A DNA stretch of 64,000 bases from Promethearchaeota archaeon (GTDB taxonomy: Archaea > Asgardarchaeota > Lokiarchaeia > Sigyniarchaeales > SOKP01). The notes under the pieces are model-generated. The model was given only the letters and a program-made list of their open reading frames with translations, ran no database searches and had not been told where the DNA came from. A program made the position numbers and the translations under genes. The stretch spans positions 15,184-79,183 of the forward strand of contig JBHLOC010000014.1 of NCBI GenBank assembly GCA_048940925.1. The letters are read 5' to 3'. How positions within the stretch are numbered: the first letter of the stretch is position 1; every line of letters starts with the position of its first letter. Shown here one piece after another: positions 1 to 9,324 of this stretch.

Positions 1-117
1 GTAGGTCTAATAATGTCAATTGTTTCTATGATCCTCTTTTTATTGGCTATCAATAGAGATTACATTTTCAGAGGAATTGAAAGTCCTGAAACTACTAAAA
101 GTGGGGTGTCACTATAG
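1..117 (+). CDS. 3' end of a membrane protein (truncated by window edge)
   Basis: Frame 1 is open from base 1 to TAG at 115-117: VGLIMSIVSMILFLLAINRDYIFRGIESPETTKSGVSL*. One hydrophobic helix plus a polar tail; ends 3 nt before the next ATG. Confidence 0.6.
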   Translation, partial: VGLIMSIVSMILFLLAINRDYIFRGIESPETTKSGVSL

Positions 118-120
118 AGA

Positions 121-1623
121 ATGCCCAGAGGCGGAGGAGGATTTAGAGGTGGCGGATTCCGTGGCGGTGGATTTAGGGGCGGAGGATTCCGTGGCGGTGG
201 ATTTAGGGGCGGAGGATTCCGAGGCGGCGGGTTCAGCGGAGGATTTAGAGGAGGCATCGGAGGTGCTGGAAGACCTTTTGGAAGGACTGGTGCTACGAGA
301 ATAACATCAAGATCTCCAAGAGGACCTTATTCACACACATATTATCGACCATATCGCAGATATTATAGACCAATATGGTGGTATCATAGGCCTTGGTATT
401 GGAGATGGTGGTATTCACCTTGGTGGGCAGGACATTGGTACCGACCTTGGTATTATAGTCCAGTATATATAGTAGGTGGAATAACCTTTATGATTATTCT
501 TGCATTAATAGTTCTACCTCTTGCTGGTGTAGCATTATTATTTCCATTTAGTGATGCTAATTCAAATGGAATAGTCACTTATCGTTCTACTGAGAATTTA
601 TATTTTAATGAATTCTGGTATGAATATGAATACATTGGAGCAGGCAATGAGATTTCAATTAATAGAATTCAATCAAATTTAGCTAATATCAATTTTGCTA
701 TATACGATCGGCCTTTTGAAAGGATTCCTACAAAAACAATGCATTTTAGTGAAGTTGATAGTATAAGTCTAGTTAATAAACAATATGAGTATAGTTGGTT
801 ATTCCTAAGACCCGGATCATTAATTCAATATGAGTTCAATTCATCAAATTCAATAAACTTTTTCATTGCTGATAGTAATGAACTATATTCATGGAATCAA
901 GGTGAATCTCCAGATTTTTATGTAGATAAACCAAACACTATAAATGAGACTGGATCTTTTGCAATCTCAGAGGCAAATGATTATTATGTAGTTTGGTACA
1001 ATGATGAGAATTCTACAGTTTATGTTGATTTTACTGTAGATTTTTCAGCGGCTAATGTAGTAGATTTTACAGCAACCAATTTCTATATAAATCAAACAAC
1101 ACTCATATCCGAAGAAACATATACTGTGCCTAATTCAGGTAATTGGTATTTCTTCATCTATTTTGATCCCATTAACTCAATAGAAGAATATACAACCATC
1201 ACTTTTGATGTGAGTTATGACACAGGTAAGACCTCTGTCAATAGGTGGTTTGATGTTCAGTGGATTTTAATAATTATTCTGGTAGTAGTTATATTAATAT
1301 TGATCGCCGCAGTAATAGCACGAAGAAGTCAGAAAAAATTGAAACTTAAAACTCCCACAAAAACAATACCTTCTAAAGAATCACCATACAAAACTATTAC
1401 ACCTAAAGTTGAAGAAAAAGCAGCCAAATGTCCACGCTGTAATGCATCTCTTAAACCAAATGCTAAATTTTGCTCTAAATGTGGAGGTAAAATCGAAGGG
1501 CGACAAATCGGGCAACCATCTATAACAACTCCTGCAGAATCAAAAACATGTTCACTTTGTGGCAGTAAATTGAAGGAGGATGACAAATTCTGCAAATGGT
1601 GCGGCACGAAAGTAGAAGTTTAA
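121..1623 (+). CDS. Two-TM membrane protein with N-terminal RGG/GGGFR repeats, large beta-rich loop domain and C-terminal double zinc ribbon
   Basis: (RGGGF)n N-terminus, Y/W/R/P-rich segment, two hydrophobic helices (IVGGITFMIILALIVLPLAGVALLF; WILIIILVVVILILIAAVIA), C-terminal CPRC..CSKC and CSLC..CKWC. Confidence 0.85.
   Translation: MPRGGGGFRGGGFRGGGFRGGGFRGGGFRGGGFRGGGFSGGFRGGIGGAGRPFGRTGATRITSRSPRGPYSHTYYRPYRRYYRPIWWYHRPWYWRWWYSPWWAGHWYRPWYYSPVYIVGGITFMIILALIVLPLAGVALLFPFSDANSNGIVTYRSTENLYFNEFWYEYEYIGAGNEISINRIQSNLANINFAIYDRPFERIPTKTMHFSEVDSISLVNKQYEYSWLFLRPGSLIQYEFNSSNSINFFIADSNELYSWNQGESPDFYVDKPNTINETGSFAISEANDYYVVWYNDENSTVYVDFTVDFSAANVVDFTATNFYINQTTLISEETYTVPNSGNWYFFIYFDPINSIEEYTTITFDVSYDTGKTSVNRWFDVQWILIIILVVVILILIAAVIARRSQKKLKLKTPTKTIPSKESPYKTITPKVEEKAAKCPRCNASLKPNAKFCSKCGGKIEGRQIGQPSITTPAESKTCSLCGSKLKEDDKFCKWCGTKVEV
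127..255 (+). repeat. Coding tandem repeat, 15-bp unit (RGGGF), with an exact 30-bp duplication
   Basis: ggattccgtggcggtggatttaggggcgga at 154-183 and 184-213, with degenerate flanking units; GC-rich patch in an AT-rich genome. Confidence 0.9.
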
Positions 1624-1645
1624 TACTCGAATTATAAATTAAATA

Positions 1646-1657
1646 TTTTTTTTTTTT
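1646..1657 (+). terminator. Poly-T (T12) archaeal-type terminator candidate
   Basis: Run of 12 T starting 23 nt after the stop of 121..1623, between convergent genes. Confidence 0.45.
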
Positions 1658-1683
1658 AATTTTCTGCATATACTTCTTTTAAT

Positions 1684-2181
1684 TTACTTATATAAACTTG
1701 TTAGTAGGTCTACACCACACTTTTCACAATATTTTTGATCTTTGCTTAAAATTTGTGCTCCGCAATTTCTGCAATATTTCAAATCTTTAGGCGACTCTTT
1801 TCTTCCCGATTTTACTTTTTTCTCTTCTTTTACTTCTAAGTAGTTAGCATATTCTAACTTTGGTTTTGTTTTATTCTCTAATGATTCTATTACATCTGTT
1901 AACCAAACCATAAAAATATATTTTTCTGTATCTTCGATAGTTTTAAAAGTTCTATAATCTACCTTTATTTTATCTGGTGCATCTATAAATGGTTTACTGC
2001 CGATTTCTAAAAAAGTGTTATAGAATAGAATCCCATCATATATTAAATTCTTAATTCTTTGATTTTTCTCAACTTCATAGGCTAAATCAAATCCAGTAGC
2101 TCCTATATGTATTAATCTTAAAAGATGTTTCAAAAAGTCTAAGTGTTTTTCCAAATCCTTAGTATTTTCCCGAAATCTCAT
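1684..2181 (-). CDS. Hypothetical protein with C-terminal zinc ribbon
   Basis: YCRNCG...YCEKCG at the C-terminus. Confidence 0.75.
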   Translation of the reverse strand: MRFRENTKDLEKHLDFLKHLLRLIHIGATGFDLAYEVEKNQRIKNLIYDGILFYNTFLEIGSKPFIDAPDKIKVDYRTFKTIEDTEKYIFMVWLTDVIESLENKTKPKLEYANYLEVKEEKKVKSGRKESPKDLKYCRNCGAQILSKDQKYCEKCGVDLLTSLYK

Positions 2182-2355
2182 ATTAAGATTAATTTTGAGA
2201 ACTCCTTATTCTAATTGAACATTAATTGACTCTGTTTTAAATTTTTTTCTGTAAATAATTGAAAATGAAAATTTTTAATTTTAAAAAGTATAGAAGAGCG
2301 GCAAACACCATTGTAAAATCAAAATATTGAAAATAAAAATTATCTCTAATCTAAG

Positions 2356-2565
2356 TTATTCTACATTTTCAATAGGGTTAGGTTCTCCATTATTTTTAGA
2401 AAGATTGTAAGATCCTTTTATCTCATTAAGATCTACCGTTATAACAGTATGCCCTGTATGTCTCCTTTCGAATTTCTTTATATCAGATAGATTTATTGGA
2501 TTATCTGGATGAATTACCATATATTCTTTACATCTAATACACGCACGAGCTCTAATTTTACCCAC
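2356..2565 (-). CDS. Small putative zinc-binding protein (CxxC...HxxH)
   Basis: CIRC ... HTGH; GTG start. Confidence 0.65.
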   Translation of the reverse strand: MGKIRARACIRCKEYMVIHPDNPINLSDIKKFERRHTGHTVITVDLNEIKGSYNLSKNNGEPNPIENVE

Positions 2566-2643
2566 TCACCGTTTTAGTTAGTTAGATTTATATTATGATA
2601 ATTTCTAGAATGATATTCTCCTAATTATAATCCACTTTACTTT

Positions 2644-2709
2644 AACGTACAAAAATATTTCAAAGTTATGTTTTTTTTTAAAAATGTTTTGTTACAACGT
2701 ACAAAAATA
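2644..2709. repeat. 14-bp direct repeat in an intergenic/promoter region
   Basis: aacgtacaaaaata at 2644-2657 and 2696-2709. Confidence 0.6.
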
Positions 2710-2752
2710 ATTACTAAAAAATAAAAATATTTCACATTATAAAAACATTTGA

Positions 2753-4999
2753 TTAAATTTCCATTAAGTTTGGAATCGTATCAACCCATGAGTCTCTCAT
2801 TTTAAAAACATTTAGTTTTAAACTATTTGATTTCAAACCTTTAATGGAAATTTCTGGAGTAGCAGTTACATTGCCAATTTTATTAAGTACAATTTCATAT
2901 TTTTTAGAAATTTCCATAATAGCATCATAATCTTTAGGATCTGTCTCTATTATAAATCTACCTACTGATTCACTGAACAGAAATTCATCATCTCTTAGAT
3001 CTTCGCTAAAACAGTTTAATAGGTCCAAATTTGCCCCCAACCCATTTTTAAAGCACATTTCCGCAATAGTAATGATAAATCCACCTTTATTAACATCATG
3101 ATTAGCTTTCACCAGATTTCTCTTATATAACTCGAAAATAAAATCCCAAGTTGCCTGAATTTTTTTTTCATCTACGGAAGGAGGTAGACCACCTTCTAAA
3201 TTATGGATTATAGAGTGATATTCTGACCCTCCTAATTCTGCTTTAGTTTCTCCCACTAGAAATATATCATCACCAACATTCTTAAAGGGAAGTGTTATTA
3301 TATTTTTTTCACTTTCAATCAGACCAACAATCATTATCATAGGAGTTGCTTTTATTGCTGTCTTCTTTACCTCATCTTCATTATAGAATGAGACATTTCC
3401 ACCTACTATAGGTATCTTCATAGTTCTGCAGAAATCATTCATGCCATCAACAGCTTTAGAAAAATACCAAAAAGATTCAGGAATTTCTGGATTCCCAAAA
3501 TTACAGCAGTTCACCATCGCCATAGGCTTTGCTCCATTTGCTATTACATTTCCACATACTTCAGCTAAACCCCCTTTAGCCCCATTGTATGGATCTAAAA
3601 AGCAGTGTTTTGAATTTACACCGACACTTGCAGCTATAAATTTATTTGTACCTATTATTCTTAAAACACCTGAATCTCCATCACCACACTTAATAACTGA
3701 TCGAACACCAACTTCATGATCATATTGACGATATATCCATTCTTTACTACAAATATTTTCAGATGCTATTAATTTATAGATAATTTCATCTAAACCTAAT
3801 TTAAGTATTGGTGTCTTTTGAGATAATAAACCATCCAAATATGGGGGTTTCCTTTCTGATCGTTTAAATGTCGGTGATTCAGAAAGAGCTTTAGAAGGAA
3901 TGTTTACAACAAGATTATTATCATCAAATACTTTAAGAACTTTTGTATCATCTGTTCTCCCAATGACAGCAAAGTTCATTTCATATTTTCTAAATACGTC
4001 AAGAACTGTTTCTAATCCTTTTGGTTTTACTATAAAAGCCATTCGCTCTTGTGATTCTGAAAGCATTATTTCATAAGAAGTCATTCCAGGTTCTCTTGTG
4101 AAGACTTTCTTCAATTGAATCTCTGCTCCAGTATTTCCATCACCTGTTAACTCACTCGTCGCGCATGTTAAACCTCCACCTCCAAGATCCTTTAGACCTC
4201 TGACATAACCTGTTTTTACAGCTTCTAATGTAGCTTCAATAATCATCTTTTTAGTGAAAGGATCACCAATTTGAACTGCTGGTCTATCCGCTTCAGACAT
4301 CTCTGTTAACGTGCGAGATGCAAAGGTGACTCCATGAATACCATCTCTACCGGTAGAACCCCCCATTAAAATTATATAGTCTCCAGGATTATAAGCTCTG
4401 CTGGGAGCATGTTGAAAGTCCTTAATTGTACCTAACCCAATACAAGCAACATTTACTAAGCAATTGTTTTCAAAGCTATCATCAAATTCCACCTCACCAC
4501 CTATTGTTGGAATTCCGGTACAATTACCGTAATCAGCAATACCTTTCACCACATATTTAAATAGCCATTGTGAATGAGGATTATTTTTCAATGATCCAAA
4601 TCTCAATGGGTCTAATAAGGCTATAGGTCGAACGCCCATGCAAAGAATGTCTCTTATTATACCACCAATTCCAGTAGCGGCTCCATGATAAGGTTCAATG
4701 GCCGAAGGATGATTATGAGATTCTATTCTAAATGCTAGAGCGTAACCATCTCCAATATCAATAACTCCCGCATCTTCTCCTGGACCTGCTAACACATAAT
4801 CATAATTTTTCTCAGCATCCTCAAATATCTTTAATTTTGGGCGTGATGACTTATAGGAACAGTGTTCACTCCACATGACAGAGGCCATACCGACTTCTGT
4901 GAGGTTTGGTTCCCTTTTTAGTATACTTTTTACTTTATTAAATTCCCATTCAGTTAACTCAATATCTACTTCTTCCCCGTTAATCTTGACCTTAGTCAT
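2753..4999 (-). CDS. purL: Phosphoribosylformylglycinamidine synthase subunit PurL
   Basis: MWSEHCSYKSS, ESHNHPS, GAATGIGGIIRDI, DLGGGG, SESQERM, NFGNPE, GGNVSFYN motifs. Confidence 0.97.
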   Translation of the reverse strand: MTKVKINGEEVDIELTEWEFNKVKSILKREPNLTEVGMASVMWSEHCSYKSSRPKLKIFEDAEKNYDYVLAGPGEDAGVIDIGDGYALAFRIESHNHPSAIEPYHGAATGIGGIIRDILCMGVRPIALLDPLRFGSLKNNPHSQWLFKYVVKGIADYGNCTGIPTIGGEVEFDDSFENNCLVNVACIGLGTIKDFQHAPSRAYNPGDYIILMGGSTGRDGIHGVTFASRTLTEMSEADRPAVQIGDPFTKKMIIEATLEAVKTGYVRGLKDLGGGGLTCATSELTGDGNTGAEIQLKKVFTREPGMTSYEIMLSESQERMAFIVKPKGLETVLDVFRKYEMNFAVIGRTDDTKVLKVFDDNNLVVNIPSKALSESPTFKRSERKPPYLDGLLSQKTPILKLGLDEIIYKLIASENICSKEWIYRQYDHEVGVRSVIKCGDGDSGVLRIIGTNKFIAASVGVNSKHCFLDPYNGAKGGLAEVCGNVIANGAKPMAMVNCCNFGNPEIPESFWYFSKAVDGMNDFCRTMKIPIVGGNVSFYNEDEVKKTAIKATPMIMIVGLIESEKNIITLPFKNVGDDIFLVGETKAELGGSEYHSIIHNLEGGLPPSVDEKKIQATWDFIFELYKRNLVKANHDVNKGGFIITIAEMCFKNGLGANLDLLNCFSEDLRDDEFLFSESVGRFIIETDPKDYDAIMEISKKYEIVLNKIGNVTATPEISIKGLKSNSLKLNVFKMRDSWVDTIPNLMEI

Positions 5000-5712
5000 T
5001 AGATTAACCTCCGCTTAATAAATTCTATCATTGATTCAAAAAATAATTTACCATGTGTAGTTCCTTTAGGGCTCAATATTTTTTCTGATGCACGTTCTGG
5101 GTGAGGCATAAAACCAACACAATTTTGCTCCAAATTACACACTCCAGCAATATTTTCTAAGGATCCATTAGGGTTTGCATCGCTAATAATATCTCCCTGT
5201 TCAGTGGAGTACTTAAACACAATCTGATTGTTTTCTTCTAATTCTTTTAGATTATCAGTATAATATCGTCCCTCAGCATGAGCAATTGGTATAGCAAGAA
5301 CATCATTTTTATTCATTTTATTCGACAATACTGTTGTATTGTTTTCTACTTTTACATGTACCCATTTACAAATGAATTTTAGGGAATCATTCCTTAATAA
5401 CGCACCAGGAAGGAATTGAGCTTCAGTTAATATCTGAAATCCATTACAAATACCTATCACAGGTCTCCCATCATTTAACATCACTTTTGCTTGATCTATT
5501 GCGGGACTATGAGCCGCAATTATTCCTGCTCTTAAATAATCTCCAAATGCAAATCCCCCAGGTAATATTACACCTTCATATTTAGATTCTTTAAAATGAT
5601 TATGCCAGACCAATTCAGCTTCAATATTATCAATGACATTATTTAAAACGTATAGGGTATCTAAATCACAATTAGAGCCCGGAAACTGCAAAATTGCTAT
5701 TTTACTGGTCAT
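4999..5712 (-). CDS. purQ: FGAM synthase glutaminase subunit PurQ
   Basis: FPGSNCD, PGGFAFGDYLRAG, GICNGFQIL, MPHPER; 1-nt overlap with purL. Confidence 0.97.
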   Translation of the reverse strand: MTSKIAILQFPGSNCDLDTLYVLNNVIDNIEAELVWHNHFKESKYEGVILPGGFAFGDYLRAGIIAAHSPAIDQAKVMLNDGRPVIGICNGFQILTEAQFLPGALLRNDSLKFICKWVHVKVENNTTVLSNKMNKNDVLAIPIAHAEGRYYTDNLKELEENNQIVFKYSTEQGDIISDANPNGSLENIAGVCNLEQNCVGFMPHPERASEKILSPKGTTHGKLFFESMIEFIKRRLI

Positions 5713-5978
5713 GATTTTGATACATTTAAAATAGTAAGATTTTGAGTAACTGGATTAAAAATTCGCAAGTCGTTACACATTTTTTCTACAATTTCTTTAG
5801 CTTCATTTTCGTCAGCAGCTTTAAGATTTATTCGGAGAAATTGACCTGAACGAACATTAAATACCATATCATACCCTTTCTTAGCCAAAAGGTCTTTTTG
5901 AATCGTTTCTCCAACTGGATCTCTCGCTGCTGGTTTATTCATTAAGGTTATCTCTACCTGAAATTCTTGACGATCCAT
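5709..5978 (-). CDS. purS: FGAM synthase subunit PurS
   Basis: DPVGETI, VRSG, NPV motifs; ATGA overlap with purQ. Confidence 0.92.
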   Translation of the reverse strand: MDRQEFQVEITLMNKPAARDPVGETIQKDLLAKKGYDMVFNVRSGQFLRINLKAADENEAKEIVEKMCNDLRIFNPVTQNLTILNVSKS

Positions 5979-6192
5979 TTATAAAAAAGAGGTGGTATAT
6001 ATTTTTATTAATTCTTATTAATATAAAAATAATTTCCATCGACAAAAAGGACTAGATACTATTTTATTTCATTATTTTTGAATGATTTATGTCGTATGTA
6101 TTACGAATTTTCAATGAAAAATTAATATTAAAATAAAAGAATTCCAATTAAGAATTAAAAAGTGATCCATACTTTTAGGTTTGAAAAATGAT

Positions 6193-6393
6193 TCAATAAC
6201 TTAAACTTATTATGACTGCTAAAATTAGAGCTAAAAGACCAAACATTAGACTATAAGCGCTTCTTTTAGGGAATTTTCTTACAATATCCTGCTCATTCTT
6301 ACTTTCTTTATAGGTTTTAATATCTAGAATTATAAATACAAAACTCAGGATGAATAATATAAAATCAATAATTAATAAAATAATATTAAACAT
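6193..6393 (-). CDS. Small two-TM hypothetical membrane protein
   Basis: Two hydrophobic helices separated by a charged loop. Confidence 0.55.
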   Translation of the reverse strand: MFNIILLIIDFILFILSFVFIILDIKTYKESKNEQDIVRKFPKRSAYSLMFGLLALILAVIISLSY

Positions 6394-6437
6394 TATACGA
6401 AAAAATATTAATTTCTTATATAAATTTTTCTTAAATT

Positions 6438-7415
6438 CTATAAATAATGTGTTTCCTTTAGGTTTTCATAAATTCTTTGATGAACATCTGTGATTTCAGC
6501 TCTAAAGTCCTGCCCCGTAATTTTGTAAAAGCTCTCCATATATTTTTTTGCTAACTCGATTTTAATATCATCTGATATTGGCGGTATATCTTGATCTGGT
6601 TTGATATCAGGAAAAATTTCTGGATAAGTTTCCATTAGCCATCCCCTAAATATTTCTTTATCTAAGATTTCTGGTTCTTCTCCTTTTTCAAATTTTTCTG
6701 TGTAAGTATCCTCAATCCAGAATCTAGAAGAATCCTGAGTGTGAATCTCATCAATAACAATAATTTCACCCTCCTTTAAACCAAATTCATATTTAGTATC
6801 AACTAATATGAGCCCATTTTTTTCACAATAATTTTGACCAAATTTAAATAATTTTAATGCAATTTCTTCCATTTTTTCATAGACTTCTTTATCAATCATG
6901 TTGTTTTTGAGAATTTCTTCCTTTGAAATATAGATATCATGTCCTGTTTCTGCTTTTGTGGAAGGTGTAATTAATATATCGTCAAATTTTTGATTTCTTT
7001 TAATTCCTTTAGGTAGCACAATACCGGATGTCTCTTCTCCTTTTAAGTAATTTCTCCACATCGTTCCTGTTATGTATGCCCTTACTATCATCTCAATTGG
7101 TACTGTGGCACATTGCTCTACCACTGAAACATTAGGATCTGGCACATCAATAAGGTGATTTTTAGCAATGTTCTTAGTTTTATTAAACCAAAATGTTGAA
7201 ATCTCGTTAAGCATTTGACCCTTGAATGGAATAGTAGTTATTACGCGGTCAAATGATGAAATTCTATCCGTTGCAATAATAATCCGGATATCTCCCTTGG
7301 TATAATTATCGCGTACCTTTCCTCTATATAAATTTCCTAGATTTGAAAAATTAGTTTCTTTTAATGTATTTTTTAACTGATTCCTTATAGTTTCTTCAAT
7401 ATTTTCAGCTACCAT
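6438..7415 (-). CDS. purC: SAICAR synthetase
   Basis: GKVRD, TDRISSFD, EMIVRAYITG, TPSTKA, LVDTKYEFG, DEIHTQDSSRFW. Confidence 0.95.
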   Translation of the reverse strand: MVAENIEETIRNQLKNTLKETNFSNLGNLYRGKVRDNYTKGDIRIIIATDRISSFDRVITTIPFKGQMLNEISTFWFNKTKNIAKNHLIDVPDPNVSVVEQCATVPIEMIVRAYITGTMWRNYLKGEETSGIVLPKGIKRNQKFDDILITPSTKAETGHDIYISKEEILKNNMIDKEVYEKMEEIALKLFKFGQNYCEKNGLILVDTKYEFGLKEGEIIVIDEIHTQDSSRFWIEDTYTEKFEKGEEPEILDKEIFRGWLMETYPEIFPDIKPDQDIPPISDDIKIELAKKYMESFYKITGQDFRAEITDVHQRIYENLKETHYL

Positions 7416-7478
7416 GATTTCTAGATAATTGAAAAAATCATAAAAAATCTTTCTATTAATAAAGAAATAATAATCAGG

Positions 7479-7949
7479 TCAATCTACATCAACAGAAATG
7501 CCACATTTGTTACATTTTTTAGCGCCTCGAAATAAAGGATTTCCACAATTAGGACAATGATAGCGTTTTTCTTCCTCTTCAATCCACTTTTCTGTACCAA
7601 GCTCTCTCCATCTTGGGATAGTTCTTAAAATAACTTTTTTACCAACAGGTATGGGAAAGCGTTCTATATATTTACACGGAAAATCATCACATTGATAACA
7701 ACCATCAATTTCTTTACTTTTTATACAATCTCTTATAGGACATATTTTACAATATCCAAAGATATCCTCATTATTTACTGAGAGACATCCATCACATTTA
7801 ATATCATCAACTGATTTTGAAAAAGGTTTATATACATCTACAAGTCGTTCTTTAAATTTTTCATTATCATCTCTATCAGCTATATGAATAGCACAAACTC
7901 CACAATATAGACCGCATGGAGCTAAAAGGTTTTTATTAATTTCTACCAT
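7479..7949 (-). CDS. DUF3795-like Cys-rich protein with C-terminal zinc ribbon
   Basis: APCGLYCGVC, CDGC, CKICPIRDC, CYQCDDFPC, CPNC..CNKC. Confidence 0.8.
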   Translation of the reverse strand: MVEINKNLLAPCGLYCGVCAIHIADRDDNEKFKERLVDVYKPFSKSVDDIKCDGCLSVNNEDIFGYCKICPIRDCIKSKEIDGCYQCDDFPCKYIERFPIPVGKKVILRTIPRWRELGTEKWIEEEEKRYHCPNCGNPLFRGAKKCNKCGISVDVD

Positions 7950-7968
7950 GGTTAATCAAATTTTTATA

Positions 7969-8343
7969 TTACTTTTTATAGTATTTTCCATTATAAAATT
8001 CTTCAATTTTATATTTTTCTCTGTTTTTTTCCATTTTTTTGATAAATGCAGTGCTTAAATCTATCTTTAAAGCATTAACTAAACTTAATAGATAAATAAA
8101 TACATCAGCAATTTCGTCACTAATCCTTGTCATAAGGTGCTGGTTATCCCAAATTTGTATTTTAGAATAATCTTTAAATAATAATAATTGAGAAAGTTCA
8201 CCTGCTTCACAATGAATTGCTTGAACTATATTTTTAGGGGTATGGTATTTAGACCAATTACGTTCTTCTACAAATTTTTTTACTTCTGCTTTAAAAAATG
8301 AAATAGTTGTATCTTGATCTTTACACTCATTTTTTTCATTCAT
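7969..8343 (-). CDS. MazG-like nucleotide pyrophosphohydrolase (dCTP pyrophosphatase-like)
   Basis: FVEERNW..HTPKN, EAGEL, DEIADVFIYL. Confidence 0.85.
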   Translation of the reverse strand: MNEKNECKDQDTTISFFKAEVKKFVEERNWSKYHTPKNIVQAIHCEAGELSQLLLFKDYSKIQIWDNQHLMTRISDEIADVFIYLLSLVNALKIDLSTAFIKKMEKNREKYKIEEFYNGKYYKK

Positions 8344-8385
8344 AATAAGCCAAATTAACGTTTTTAAGTGGAATATAAATAAGAT

Positions 8386-9213
8386 TCACTTAAGTTTTTT
8401 AATAAAATTGCTTATTAATTCATTAACTACCTCAGAACGTTGTGATGGCATAAAATGACCCGCCATGTCTAAGATTTCTAATGTAGAATTAGGAATCATT
8501 TTATGCAGCTCCTCAGACATTTGCTCAGGAGCAAAATTATCTAATCTTCCACCAATAATTAACGTGGGGCATTTAATACTGGATGGATCATATTCGTTTA
8601 TTTCATTGATCATACCAAAGATTTGGTCCTCAATTTTCATATATAATTCATCTTTACTCAAGTTTGAGCCTACTAAAGAATCTGATAGAGCAGTTATTAT
8701 ATAAGGGATTGTTTTATCCAAGATTTTTTCAATTGAATTTGCTACAATCTCTAGAAAATTCATACGTATGAAATACGGGAGTAAATTGTAGAATATATTC
8801 CTAATTACATTATCTATCATAGTATATCCTGAATTTAATAGAATAAGAAATTTAATCTGCTCCGGATGTTTCATTGCAAATAGCTGACCTATCATGCCCC
8901 CAACAAGAGAATGACCAATAATTCCATATTGTTCTTTAAAATCTAAAAAATTAAGAAGATCTTCTAAATCTCTTATGATATCATAACGGAGATTTTTTGA
9001 GAGGTTTAATTCTTTAGGATGATCACTCTTCCCATGCCCTAAAGCATCAAAAGCTATGATACGATAATTCTCTTTCAACATTCTTATCTGTGCTTTGAAA
9101 AATGAAGCAGAAGAAGCAAATCCATGAAGTAAAATAATGGTACAATTTTTGGAATCGGGGTTGATATTTTCGTAATATAGATTATAACCCTCTTGGTTCT
9201 TGAAATAAGGCAT
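8386..9213 (-). CDS. Alpha/beta hydrolase fold protein
   Basis: LLHGF, DALGHGKS, GHSLVGG, D (RLDNF), H (AGHF). Start moved to the ATG at 9213 (MPYFK...). Confidence 0.85.
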   Translation of the reverse strand: MPYFKNQEGYNLYYENINPDSKNCTIILLHGFASSASFFKAQIRMLKENYRIIAFDALGHGKSDHPKELNLSKNLRYDIIRDLEDLLNFLDFKEQYGIIGHSLVGGMIGQLFAMKHPEQIKFLILLNSGYTMIDNVIRNIFYNLLPYFIRMNFLEIVANSIEKILDKTIPYIITALSDSLVGSNLSKDELYMKIEDQIFGMINEINEYDPSSIKCPTLIIGGRLDNFAPEQMSEELHKMIPNSTLEILDMAGHFMPSQRSEVVNELISNFIKKLK

Positions 9214-9324
9214 GAGAGCTAAAATATTATTATAATATATAATTTTTAAAAAAAATGGATTCAAAAAATAGTTTTCTAAATCATAAAACTCTATATAAAA
9301 ACTAAAAATATGTAATAAAAAAAA

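Noticed and set aside
127-255. Possible CRISPR-like repeat
   Set aside because: Contiguous in-frame units with no unique spacers and no cas genes.
60-304. ORFs 60..257(-) and 77..304(+) with repetitive peptides
   Set aside because: Shadow frames of the GC-rich RGGGF repeat in 121..1623.
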